A stretch of 64,000 nucleotides of DNA from a candidate division WS6 bacterium GW2011_GWF2_39_15. Lineage in GTDB: Bacteria > Patescibacteriota > Dojkabacteria > SC72. Of this stretch, positions 1 through 9,007 are shown piece after piece. The notes under the pieces were generated by a model. The model did not search any database. It was not told where the DNA came from and worked only from the letters and a program-made list of their open reading frames with translations. The position numbers were made by a program, and so were the translations under genes. Each line of letters opens with the position of its first letter. Within the stretch, counting starts at the first letter, position 1. The stretch spans positions 198,409 to 262,408 of the forward strand of contig LBWK01000001.1 of NCBI GenBank assembly GCA_000993565.1, written 5' to 3'.

Positions 1-651
1 TTGCTAGATGACTCAAAAAAAATATCCGGATTTAAACTTGATCATTTAGTTAGAAAAGTAAAGTTTGTTGTTGAAGTCGGGATAGGAGTTCTCTTCAGCC
101 ATTTACTCATAACCAATCTTAACTTATCCAACTCTCTGTTTAACTATGCCTTTATTACATTCCTCTTTACCAGTTATACAAATGCTTTTAATATAAATGA
201 CGGCCTTGACGGCCTGTTAACAGGACAAACAATTTGGATGTTCACAGGGATGCTTATCTTAACTATGCTCCAACACCAGAACACGGTTGCCATGTACTAC
301 GCGATTATGATCGGTATATTGATAGTCTTTTTGTACTTTAATATAAATCCGGCACGTATCTTTATGGGAGACGTTGGGTCAATGAGTTTAGGAGTAATAG
401 CCCTTGCACTTGCCGTTGCCTCAAATAACCTTCTTCCATTTATAATAATGACGGTGCCAAGTATTCTTACAATCATAAGCTCTTTAATTCAAATGCTTTC
501 TATTAAGTTCCTTGGAAAGAAAGTATTTAAAATAGCCCCTTTACATCATCACTTTCAAGCACTAGGCTGGAACGAGACAAAGGTAACAGAGCGATATTGG
601 CTGGCACAGATTTTCTTTGTATTTCTAGCTTTAGCAGTTAGTACGCTTTAG
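1..651 (+). CDS. mraY: Phospho-N-acetylmuramoyl-pentapeptide transferase MraY, C-terminal part; the gene starts upstream of the window
   Basis: Polytopic membrane protein with MraY signature motifs: NAFNINDGLDGL, FMGDVGS, PLHHHF. Confidence 0.85.
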   Translation: MLDDSKKISGFKLDHLVRKVKFVVEVGIGVLFSHLLITNLNLSNSLFNYAFITFLFTSYTNAFNINDGLDGLLTGQTIWMFTGMLILTMLQHQNTVAMYYAIMIGILIVFLYFNINPARIFMGDVGSMSLGVIALALAVASNNLLPFIIMTVPSILTIISSLIQMLSIKFLGKKVFKIAPLHHHFQALGWNETKVTERYWLAQIFFVFLALAVSTL

Positions 652-2071
652 AAATACCAAGCTCGGTCATAAAGGCCGGACTATGTCTTCCTTCTACAAG
701 AAGAACTTTCTCTTCGTTGATTCCATTCAGAAACTTAAGAATTTCAGATTCCTGTTTGAATATCCGAACTTGAGTAGAGGCCGACTCCCCAAAAAAATCC
801 GCATCAGTCGTGAGAAGCAGTATATTTTTCCCCTCCAAAGCTTTGACAATTCGTTTATATGACCCATACTTCTCATTTCCCAACTCAAATATACCCAAAG
901 TGGAGATATATTTCTTCCCGCTGTTCAAGCAATCCAAAACATCTATCGCACTGCAAAAACCATCAACATTAGAATTATAGCTATCATTCAGAACAGTCAT
1001 CCCTTTATTGACTTTATGCAAGGAAAGTTTGCCCGTAATAGGTTCAATAGCCTTTACTATTTCATAAACCTCGTGATAGCTCATACCAAGTTCTCTGCTC
1101 ACTATGATAGCCGGGACAAGATTAAGGTATGAATGCATTCCTAACAGTTTGCTTTCATACTCTTCTTCCCTCGCTCCATGAAGAATTTTAAATCTGCCAG
1201 CTTTTTCTCCGAATACTACTTTCACATCCGCTTCCCCACCAAATCCATATGTTACAATTTTTTTGTGATACTGGCTAAATGCGTTCACAGCTCCATCCCA
1301 CTCCAGAGAGGCATAAACACTGCCGTGCTTAACTCCATCAACAAGTTCAAGCTTCGTCTTAATCAGTTCCTGCCTGCTTCCGAATAGTGAGACATGCTGA
1401 TTACCAACCCCTGTGATAATCCCTATAGATGGTTTATAGAGTTTGCACAGCTTTTCAATATCATGCCTTCTGTAAGCTCCCATTTCTGCAATAAAATAAT
1501 CCATGTCACGGGTAATTTGCAGGCCAATTTCAATTGCAATTCCAACCTCAGTATTCCTATTTCCTCTTGTTTTCCCTGTCAGATATTTGGCAGACAATAT
1601 TCTATGCAGGTATTCCTTTACTGAACTCTTTCCATACGAACCAGTAATGGCGATGATCTTAACTCCTGAAGACTTCAGCTGACGATTTGCTATAAATAAA
1701 TATCTGGCTCTATATAGGGATGAAAGCGGTGATGTTATTAAAGCTCCTAATAGTACAAATACTTTTGAAACGGGATATGAGAGAAACAGAGCTATACAAA
1801 TTGCTACTGCAGATTCTAAATATGTAAAAGCCAGGAGGAAAAAACTAACTGTCAGTAAATATGTAAGACCCAAGATCATAAGATTGCGAATACTTTTCGC
1901 GGGAAACCGGAATTTCGTGAAAAGAAGTGCTTTAGCAATCCCTTTATCCTCGACTAACGCTCTATATCGATATAGGAGGTATTCACACAACTGAAGCTGC
2001 AAGATATGGGGAAAGGTACTTAAAGACAGTGGAACAGCCAAAACTAGCGAAAGAACTATATCTAGAATCAT
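638..2071 (-). CDS. murF: Mur ligase, MurF-like (UDP-MurNAc-tripeptide--D-Ala-D-Ala ligase), with an unusual hydrophobic N-terminal region
   Basis: P-loop IAITGSYGKSSVKE aligns to MurF VALTGSSGKTSVKE; NDSYNSN resembles the MurF DxYNANP motif; the first 110 aa contain three predicted TM helices; 14-nt convergent overlap with the mraY stop. Confidence 0.7.
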   Translation of the reverse strand: MILDIVLSLVLAVPLSLSTFPHILQLQLCEYLLYRYRALVEDKGIAKALLFTKFRFPAKSIRNLMILGLTYLLTVSFFLLAFTYLESAVAICIALFLSYPVSKVFVLLGALITSPLSSLYRARYLFIANRQLKSSGVKIIAITGSYGKSSVKEYLHRILSAKYLTGKTRGNRNTEVGIAIEIGLQITRDMDYFIAEMGAYRRHDIEKLCKLYKPSIGIITGVGNQHVSLFGSRQELIKTKLELVDGVKHGSVYASLEWDGAVNAFSQYHKKIVTYGFGGEADVKVVFGEKAGRFKILHGAREEEYESKLLGMHSYLNLVPAIIVSRELGMSYHEVYEIVKAIEPITGKLSLHKVNKGMTVLNDSYNSNVDGFCSAIDVLDCLNSGKKYISTLGIFELGNEKYGSYKRIVKALEGKNILLLTTDADFFGESASTQVRIFKQESEILKFLNGINEEKVLLVEGRHSPAFMTELGISKAY

Positions 2072-2799
2072 TTCTTCTTAAGAAAGAATTTAACCTGTTC
2101 AATAGTTACTTCAGGGTAGAAGACAGGAAGCTCATGTCCAAAACCTCCTACAATATGAAGGATTGAGCTCTTGACCTTATCTTTTAGGACGTAAGCATCA
2201 TTTAATGGTGTCTCGATGTCATCACTTCCCCAAAAAATAAGAGTCCTGCATCTTATATCCTCTAAATATTTTGTGAGATCTTCATTTACAATTTTGACAA
2301 AATTACTCTCCAAACCCGGAACTTTAAAAAGATCTGAGTTCGGGTAGAAGATCCGATAATAGAGTTTCCTGATTAAAGGAAAACTCTTAAATATTGATCT
2401 CAAGACACTTTTACCTGATTGTGCAGATCCCACAGTTCGCCTATATGAAGGAGCATAAAGAATGAGTTTATCTACTGCTTCAAATTGCGACGCCAGAAAC
2501 ACACCGAGTGTACCTCCAAATGAATGTCCTACAATACAAACTTTTGACTTGATAACCTTGTTTATGAAATCCAATACTAGATTTGCATATTCCTTAACAC
2601 CCCAGTTTGAGTCCGGAAGATCACTTTGACCTCTCCCCGGAAGATCGAGTAGATAACACGAATGATCAGGAAGCAATTCAGCAATTCCCTTTAGACTTTT
2701 TTTATCACCACCCCATCCATGTATAAATAGAATAGGGGAACCCTTTCCTAGTCTTTCATACGAAATCTTTTTACCCTTTATATTTGTAACCACACTCAA
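2068..2799 (-). CDS. Alpha/beta-fold hydrolase
   Basis: ILFIHGWGGD oxyanion region and GHSFGG nucleophile elbow; ATGA start/stop overlap with murF. Confidence 0.6.
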   Translation of the reverse strand: MSVVTNIKGKKISYERLGKGSPILFIHGWGGDKKSLKGIAELLPDHSCYLLDLPGRGQSDLPDSNWGVKEYANLVLDFINKVIKSKVCIVGHSFGGTLGVFLASQFEAVDKLILYAPSYRRTVGSAQSGKSVLRSIFKSFPLIRKLYYRIFYPNSDLFKVPGLESNFVKIVNEDLTKYLEDIRCRTLIFWGSDDIETPLNDAYVLKDKVKSSILHIVGGFGHELPVFYPEVTIEQVKFFLKKK

Positions 2800-2861
2800 T
2801 TATAGCAAAGATTTAAAGAGTTTCTTTCTTAATAGGCTGCAAATCATATATAATTAATGAA

Positions 2862-3740
2862 ATGATAAAGCATTCACAAAACTTTCTGCTTAACCCGCAT
2901 CTGGTATCCCGACTGGTAGATACGATGGATATACAAACTGGAGACACTATAATTGATATTGGTGCTGGTGAAGGTATCATAACAGAAGCTCTACTAGAAC
3001 GATTTCCTCAAATAGGAACGATCATGGCGGTTGAAATAGATAAAGAGCTCTCTTCAAGATTAGAAACACGATTTGAGAATAATCTAAAAGTCGGAATCGT
3101 GAATCAGGATATTCTTGACTTAAGCTTGCCGAAAAATGAATTCAAAGTCGTTGCTAATATCCCATTTAATATAACCTCATCAATTCTCAACATACTTTTA
3201 AACCCTGAAAATAGTATGTCAAAAGCATATATAGTAATCCAGGAAGAGGCCGCAGCAATGTATGGAGGAGATAGAGTTTACGGGGAGGAAAGCTTGAAGT
3301 CCCTACTGGCTTATCCATATTACGACTTTCAAATTGCACACTATTTCAAGTCGCATGATTTTGTTCCGGAACCCCAAATTAATATTGTCCTTCTAGAAAT
3401 AACCAGAAAACAGCCTCCACTAATATCTCTGAATCAGTTTCTGACCTATCGTGATTTTATAACTTTTGTATCAAAAGACCGAGTAGGAGAAGGAGCATGG
3501 AAAGGTCTATTTCGGCAAAAGAGTCAGGCTTTTTTTAAGAGGATGGGACTTAAGCTTGGAGCCGGTATCAAACAACAAAGTGTTGACGCAATTCTTTCTG
3601 CATATAAAAGCTTTACGGTTTACGAATCAGAAGATAAAAAGTTTTATATAAAAGGAGCATACGAAAAACACCTTCAAGAGCAAATAAAGATTGCCAAAGT
3701 AAACAGGACAAGGCGTGACAGGACCTGGCACACAAAATAA
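2862..3740 (+). CDS. rsmA: rRNA adenine N6,N6-dimethyltransferase, KsgA/Dim1 or Erm family
   Basis: SQNFL, DIGAGEGIIT (SAM motif I), NIPFNITS; cannot separate KsgA from Erm by eye. Confidence 0.55.
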   Translation: MIKHSQNFLLNPHLVSRLVDTMDIQTGDTIIDIGAGEGIITEALLERFPQIGTIMAVEIDKELSSRLETRFENNLKVGIVNQDILDLSLPKNEFKVVANIPFNITSSILNILLNPENSMSKAYIVIQEEAAAMYGGDRVYGEESLKSLLAYPYYDFQIAHYFKSHDFVPEPQINIVLLEITRKQPPLISLNQFLTYRDFITFVSKDRVGEGAWKGLFRQKSQAFFKRMGLKLGAGIKQQSVDAILSAYKSFTVYESEDKKFYIKGAYEKHLQEQIKIAKVNRTRRDRTWHTK

Positions 3741-3809
3741 CGTTTTCTAAGTATTTCCAAACCTATAACTATTGTTTAGTGATAAATACAATCCTGTAAT
3801 ATATTTCTC

Positions 3810-3838
3810 TTGACCCTTTATTTCCCCGATGCTAGATT
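3810..3838 (+). promoter_or_regulatory. Sigma70-like promoter for mraZ operon: TTGACC, 17 nt, TAGATT
   Basis: Hexamers and spacing read directly; position just upstream of mraZ. Confidence 0.45.
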
Positions 3839-3878
3839 AGTGGTGAATAGTGGTGAGCATTGGTGAAAGGTGATACAA
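3839..3878 (+). promoter_or_regulatory. Direct repeats of TGGTGA at 10-bp spacing (three copies plus a fourth GGTGA at 8 bp); putative MraZ operator
   Basis: agTGGTGAat agTGGTGAgc atTGGTGAaa GGTGA lies between the -10 element and the mraZ start, matching the known arrangement of MraZ-box direct repeats. Confidence 0.45.
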
Positions 3879-3886
3879 TTCTAAAC

Positions 3887-4327
3887 ATGATTATAGGAGA
3901 GTACAAAACTAAGGTAGGGGAGAAAAAAAGAATTGCCATTCCCAAGAAGTTCAGAAATGAACTGGGAGAAAACCTAATACTCACCCGAGGTTATGAAAAA
4001 TGTCTGGTGCTAGTAAGTGAAACACAGTGGAAAGGAATAGCATCTGAAGTTATAAACGGCTCTTTTATAAATCGTGATATCAGAGATACTAGCCGATTCC
4101 TGGTTGGAAGTGCAAATGAGGTCATTCCAGATTCTCAAGGTAGAATAGTAATCCCACAGCCCCTCTATGACCATGCTAATTTCACTGACGAGGTCATATT
4201 TTTGGGTTTGGTTAATTGGATTGAAATCTGGTCGAAAGAAGAGTGGGAAAAAAGACTTGAATACCTTGAAACAAATGGAGATCAAATTGCGCAGGAGCTT
4301 TCTAAACTATCTGGCAAAACACAATGA
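3887..4327 (+). CDS. mraZ: Transcriptional regulator MraZ
   Basis: Two MraZ half-domains (IPKKFR..., VIPDSQGRIVIPQPL); the ORF is open from a TTG at 3860, but ATG 3887 (MIIGEY) fits the MraZ N-terminus. Confidence 0.85.
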   Translation: MIIGEYKTKVGEKKRIAIPKKFRNELGENLILTRGYEKCLVLVSETQWKGIASEVINGSFINRDIRDTSRFLVGSANEVIPDSQGRIVIPQPLYDHANFTDEVIFLGLVNWIEIWSKEEWEKRLEYLETNGDQIAQELSKLSGKTQ

Positions 4328-5193
4328 AGTCATACCATACACCAGTTCTCCTCACTGAATCAATAGTAGCACTCAATATAAAGCCCAGAGGAGTTTATGT
4401 TGACTGTACTTTGGGAGAGGCCGGACATAGTTTTGAAATATTCAAAAGATTAGAAAGCCAAGGAAAGCTTATAAGTATAGACCAAGACCAAAGTGCTCTT
4501 TCATATGTCAAAGAGAAATACTCGAAGGAGATAGCACAAGGAAACTGGATTATAGTTAAAGGCAATTTCAGCAATCTCAAGCAAATATGCATGGATATGC
4601 AGATTGAGAAAGTCGATGGTATTTTAATGGACCTCGGACTCTCATCAAGACAGCTTGAGGAAGAAGGAAGAGGGTTCAGTTATAATACACCCTCAGAATC
4701 CTTAGATATGCGTATGGATACAGATCTAGGAGTTACGGCAGATGACTTGCTTAAAGGTTTGAATGCTACAGAGCTTGAGAAACTATTCAGGCTTTATGGA
4801 GAGGAAAGATTTGCAAAAAGAATTGCCATACAAATTAAAAAATCTGATATCAAAACAGTTGGAGATCTCACAAGCCTTATCTACAGAGTTGTACCGGCAA
4901 CGAAACGTAGAGAGGACAGCCATCATCCTGCTCGCAGGGTCTTTCAGGCCCTGCGCATAGCAGTAAATGATGAAATCAATGCCCTCAAAAAGGGATTAGA
5001 TGAAGCTTATGAGCTCTTAAACAGTAACGGAAGATTATGTGTAATAACTTTTCACTCTTTAGAAGACAGAGAAGTAAAAAGGTTCTTCGAGAATAAGGGT
5101 GCAAAAGACTCTCAGGCAGTACAGCCGACGCCTGAAGAGATTGAAGTAAACAACAGATCAAGAAGTGCAAAACTAAGAGTTTTAGAAAAATAA
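4324..5193 (+). CDS. rsmH: 16S rRNA m4C1402 methyltransferase RsmH (MraW)
   Basis: HTPVLL...VYVDCTLGEAGHS N-terminus, conserved synteny after mraZ, ATGA overlap. Confidence 0.9.
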   Translation: MKSYHTPVLLTESIVALNIKPRGVYVDCTLGEAGHSFEIFKRLESQGKLISIDQDQSALSYVKEKYSKEIAQGNWIIVKGNFSNLKQICMDMQIEKVDGILMDLGLSSRQLEEEGRGFSYNTPSESLDMRMDTDLGVTADDLLKGLNATELEKLFRLYGEERFAKRIAIQIKKSDIKTVGDLTSLIYRVVPATKRREDSHHPARRVFQALRIAVNDEINALKKGLDEAYELLNSNGRLCVITFHSLEDREVKRFFENKGAKDSQAVQPTPEEIEVNNRSRSAKLRVLEK

Positions 5194-5210
5194 ACTATTT
5201 GACACTGCCC

Positions 5211-5552
5211 ATGTCAGAAGCCGCAAAAAGAAAATTTAGACAATCAATGCAGAGCGGGAACACCCGACCTACAAACATTGCCACAAGAATATTCATGCTA
5301 ACACTATTCATTTTCCTCGCTGTACAGTTGGTAATCAACGCTATCCTTAGTCCAATGGGAGTACAGCTGGAAGCATACAATGTTGAAAAGACTCGACTTC
5401 TCGAAGAAAACCGATCCCTGGAACAGACGCTTGCAAATATGGGATCCATTAAGGCCTTAAACCATCTTTCTGCCAAGAAGTTAAAGCTTGTACAATCAAA
5501 TACAAAACAGATTGTATATATAAGCGATAGTTCACTTAGAGCAGAAAAATGA
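5211..5552 (+). CDS. ftsL: FtsL-like cell division protein (single TM plus coiled coil)
   Basis: Position between rsmH and ftsI; one TM helix followed by a heptad-like segment; the ORF is open from TTG 5199, ATG at about 5211. Confidence 0.5.
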   Translation: MSEAAKRKFRQSMQSGNTRPTNIATRIFMLTLFIFLAVQLVINAILSPMGVQLEAYNVEKTRLLEENRSLEQTLANMGSIKALNHLSAKKLKLVQSNTKQIVYISDSSLRAEK

Positions 5553-7339
5553 AAACATATTCCGCAAGATCTTTAGTTTCACCCAAAAAGGAGACCGTTA
5601 AAAGCTTCAACCCTCACTATATCGTGGGAGTGCTTATCTCCATCATTGGACTAGGGGTTCTTGCACAAGGATTTCGCTGGCAGATCCTTTCAGCCGACAA
5701 ATTTATCTCACTTGCCAAATCACAGTATATTGAAAACCAAAGGCAACCGACCAGCCGGGGAGTCATTTATGCTTCTGATTCAACAGTTTTTGCAGTAGAC
5801 CAGCCGGTATGGGGTATTTACGCAAGCTTAAGTTCCAATGATTTAGAGAGGGATAAGTTTTTCAAAAATAAAGATAAGTATATATCAACTATTTCAGCCA
5901 TTTTAAATGTATCCCAAGAAGAACTGGAAGAGAAACTCACTGAACAATTCATGTTCTTCAAGATTAAAAGCGGAGTATCAACAGAGAAAAAATCGGCGCT
6001 GGAAAAGGCGAATATCTTTGGACCAGGAACACAAGGCTTCGGGTTGTACTTTGAAAGAGAAGAACAACGCATCTATCCCAACGGAAGTCTTGCGGCTCAC
6101 CTACTAGGATTTATTGGCAAAAATAGTGATGGTGAAGATGTGGGACAATATGGCATCGAGGGCTTTTACTTTGGTGATATAACTGGTCAGGAAGGCTACA
6201 CATATGAAGAGAAAGACTCACAAGGTAATGTAATCCTAACCGCTGAGTATGAGCCAATCCTTCCAAGGCAGGGGAAAAGCTTCACCCTCACAGTGATACC
6301 TTCAATACAGCAAAAGGTAGAAAAAGCGTTAAAGCAAGGCGTTGAGAAGAACCAAGCTAAAAGCGGCAGTGCTGTAATATTAAACCCTAATACCGGAGCA
6401 ATCATAGCGATGGCAAACTATCCAACCTACAATCCCAATGAATACTGGAAAGTAACGGATCCATGGATATTTAAGAACAAAGCTATTTCAGATGTTTACG
6501 AGTACGGTTCTGTACAAAAACCCATCACTATTGCGATAGGCCTAGAATCGGGAAAAGTAGAGGACGATTACACCTGCAATGATAAAACGGGAAGTTACAA
6601 ACTCTATGACAAGACTATCTATACTTGGGACAAACAGCCCGACGGAAAGCTCACACTCGGAGGGATACTGGAAAAATCAAACAACCCTTGTGTACTCCAG
6701 GTCGCACTTCAAACAGGCCACGATTACTATTATCCCAAGCTAAAAGAGTTCGGCATCGGCTCAATTATAGGAGTAGGGCTTCAGGATGAATCTACAGGTT
6801 ACCTTATGCCGTATGAGATGTGGACCAAGCTTGATCTGGCGGTAACTGCATTCGGACAATCAATATCTGCGACACCCCTCCAAATCACCTCAGCCATCAG
6901 CACTATTGCTAATGAAGGCAAAAGAATGAGGCCTTATATCATCTCAGAGGTCCAGGAGTCTGAAGATACAATCAAATATAAACCTCAAGTCATAGCACAG
7001 CCTATATCAGAAAAAACAGCCAAAAAAGTAGCAAAGATGATGGAAGGTGTTGTAAGACAGGGTGAATCCAAGTTCTTTTTCAACAGAGATCTACCTAATT
7101 ACAGTATTGCAGGCAAAACCGGTACGGCTCAGATTCCAAAAAGAAACGAAGCCGGATACTATGACGACAGAACAAATACCACCTTCGTCGGATTTTCTCC
7201 CGTTGAAAACGCTCAAATGGTCATGATCGTAAGGCTGGAAGAACCTAAGCTGAATACATTCTCGGCTTCAACCGCTGTACCTGTATGGATAGATATATTC
7301 AAGGCTGTTGCGGATGATCTGGAAATTCCCAAGAAGTAA
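5549..7339 (+). CDS. ftsI: Class B penicillin-binding protein / FtsI transpeptidase
   Basis: N-terminal TM helix; SxxK (SVQK), SxN (SNN) and KTG (KTGTA) motifs; ATGA overlap with ftsL. Confidence 0.85.
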   Translation: MKTYSARSLVSPKKETVKSFNPHYIVGVLISIIGLGVLAQGFRWQILSADKFISLAKSQYIENQRQPTSRGVIYASDSTVFAVDQPVWGIYASLSSNDLERDKFFKNKDKYISTISAILNVSQEELEEKLTEQFMFFKIKSGVSTEKKSALEKANIFGPGTQGFGLYFEREEQRIYPNGSLAAHLLGFIGKNSDGEDVGQYGIEGFYFGDITGQEGYTYEEKDSQGNVILTAEYEPILPRQGKSFTLTVIPSIQQKVEKALKQGVEKNQAKSGSAVILNPNTGAIIAMANYPTYNPNEYWKVTDPWIFKNKAISDVYEYGSVQKPITIAIGLESGKVEDDYTCNDKTGSYKLYDKTIYTWDKQPDGKLTLGGILEKSNNPCVLQVALQTGHDYYYPKLKEFGIGSIIGVGLQDESTGYLMPYEMWTKLDLAVTAFGQSISATPLQITSAISTIANEGKRMRPYIISEVQESEDTIKYKPQVIAQPISEKTAKKVAKMMEGVVRQGESKFFFNRDLPNYSIAGKTGTAQIPKRNEAGYYDDRTNTTFVGFSPVENAQMVMIVRLEEPKLNTFSASTAVPVWIDIFKAVADDLEIPKK

Positions 7340-8080
7340 CTATTTGCCGCAAACCCGGTCAGTAGCACATTTTGTAATTCCTCCCTCACATCTACATACA
7401 TTACAGCTATCCTCGGCAAGATAGTTGTCACCATTATTATATACATTAGAGTTATAAAGGCACACATCAGCAATATCCCTCTGTCCATCCTCAGACTGAT
7501 ATACCAGCTTAAAATCCGAGACCTCACGAACATCAAGACCATTAATTTTGTACGTTAAGGATACAGTACATGGAACAGTGTACAAGCTCTCCAGAGAATT
7601 AATAACATTAAGCAAAGTTAGTGTGCTTTTGCGATAGTTATACATCCCGATCTGTGTCGGAATATCTCTTTGTGCAGTGCAAAGCTGTGATTGCTTTAAT
7701 ACTATCTCCACAGTATTACGCGATGTGTTTATGGTTGAGAAGACCACTCCTAAAGGTTTTGCAACCAAGTCATTCGACAACCCAGTTGAAAGATACTTTG
7801 CTTCAAACGTCAGATTAGATCTTAAGAAATCGGAAACCACAAGCGGTTTATCGCTTTCATCCACAGCAACTTTTGAACATACTACTTTCCCATTCGTACA
7901 ATAGCACTGCTTTCCATCGATCTCAGAGATCAAATCTCCATCTTTGGAAAAAGAAAGTCCGCTTATACAAAACTTTGTTGATACAGACCCTCTCAAAGCA
8001 GATATTACGACAAAAACTCCGAAAATAAGGAAGAAGAGGGAAAAGATAATAAGAAAGATCTGTTGTTTTCCTGTCTGCAT
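7340..8080 (-). CDS. Hypothetical membrane-anchored/secreted protein with a Cys-rich C-terminus
   Basis: N-terminal TM helix (IFLIIFSLFFLIFGVFVV); C-terminal CNVCRCEGGITKCATDRVCGK; tail-to-tail with ftsI with zero gap. Confidence 0.45.
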   Translation of the reverse strand: MQTGKQQIFLIIFSLFFLIFGVFVVISALRGSVSTKFCISGLSFSKDGDLISEIDGKQCYCTNGKVVCSKVAVDESDKPLVVSDFLRSNLTFEAKYLSTGLSNDLVAKPLGVVFSTINTSRNTVEIVLKQSQLCTAQRDIPTQIGMYNYRKSTLTLLNVINSLESLYTVPCTVSLTYKINGLDVREVSDFKLVYQSEDGQRDIADVCLYNSNVYNNGDNYLAEDSCNVCRCEGGITKCATDRVCGK

Positions 8081-8105
8081 AGCCCAAGTTTACCACCCTT
8101 TAGAG

Positions 8106-8123
8106 TGTGCTACAATTAGCACA
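8106..8123. promoter_or_regulatory. Inverted repeat TGTGCTA-CAAT-TAGCACA in a 42-bp divergent intergenic region, touching the tatD start codon
   Basis: 7-bp arms with a 4-nt spacer, read directly. Confidence 0.3.
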
Positions 8124-9007
8124 TGACAGATTCACACGCACATTTGAGTTTTAGTGAAATACAAACAGCTTTAAGTCAGGTTCTAGATGAGTTCAAACGA
8201 AAACAGGGCAACTATATCTTAAATGTAGGTTATGACCCGGAATCCAATATTGAGGTCCTTAATACACATTCACGACTCTCTCCGGAGGATAAGACTATAG
8301 TATATAACGCCATAGGGATACACCCTGAGTACCTCTCACAATTATTATCCAAGGATCTTGATATGTATAAACAGCTGCGAAAGTTAGTAGAAACCTTTAA
8401 AGAACTTCTCAAAGATAACCTGGAGAATATTAAAGGAATAGGGGAATGCGGGCTGGATTACTACCATCTTAGAAATGATAAAGGGCTAGATTTGCAAACC
8501 CAGAGGGAATATATGGATGTCCAAAAAAATATGTTCAGAGAACATGTTGCACTTGCACATGAACTTCAAATACCCCTCTCAGTACACACACGGGATATTG
8601 AAGGTGAGGATCTGTGTATTGAAGACACTTTGCAAATAGTTGTAGAAGCAGGGAAGGGTAATGTAAAAGGTGTATTTCACAGCTACACACAAAATTCTAA
8701 GTATCTCTCAGAAATATTGGGACTGGGGTTCTATGTTGGCTTCAACGGCATAATTACCTATCCCAAAGCTGATAATGTCAGAGACATACTAAAAAAGGTT
8801 CCCTTAAACAGGATTGTCCTGGAAACAGACACTCCACTTCTTCCATCATACAAAGTTCGAAAGGATAGAAAGTATTGGAGACATTTCGGAGCTCCGGCTG
8901 ACGTTGAAGAGATTGCTCAAAAAGCTGCAGAAGTTAAGGATGTCGCATATGATGAAATTATTAAGCAGACAACAGACAACTTTAAGAATCTATTCCTTAT
9001 CGATTAG
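8123..9007 (+). CDS. tatD: TatD-family metal-dependent hydrolase/DNase
   Basis: DSHAHL N-terminal motif, GECGLDYY, HTRD. Confidence 0.85.
   Translation: MTDSHAHLSFSEIQTALSQVLDEFKRKQGNYILNVGYDPESNIEVLNTHSRLSPEDKTIVYNAIGIHPEYLSQLLSKDLDMYKQLRKLVETFKELLKDNLENIKGIGECGLDYYHLRNDKGLDLQTQREYMDVQKNMFREHVALAHELQIPLSVHTRDIEGEDLCIEDTLQIVVEAGKGNVKGVFHSYTQNSKYLSEILGLGFYVGFNGIITYPKADNVRDILKKVPLNRIVLETDTPLLPSYKVRKDRKYWRHFGAPADVEEIAQKAAEVKDVAYDEIIKQTTDNFKNLFLID

Noticed and set aside
1178-1624. Two short plus-strand ORFs inside murF
   Set aside because: Antisense to a well-supported Mur ligase; no RBS, no homology
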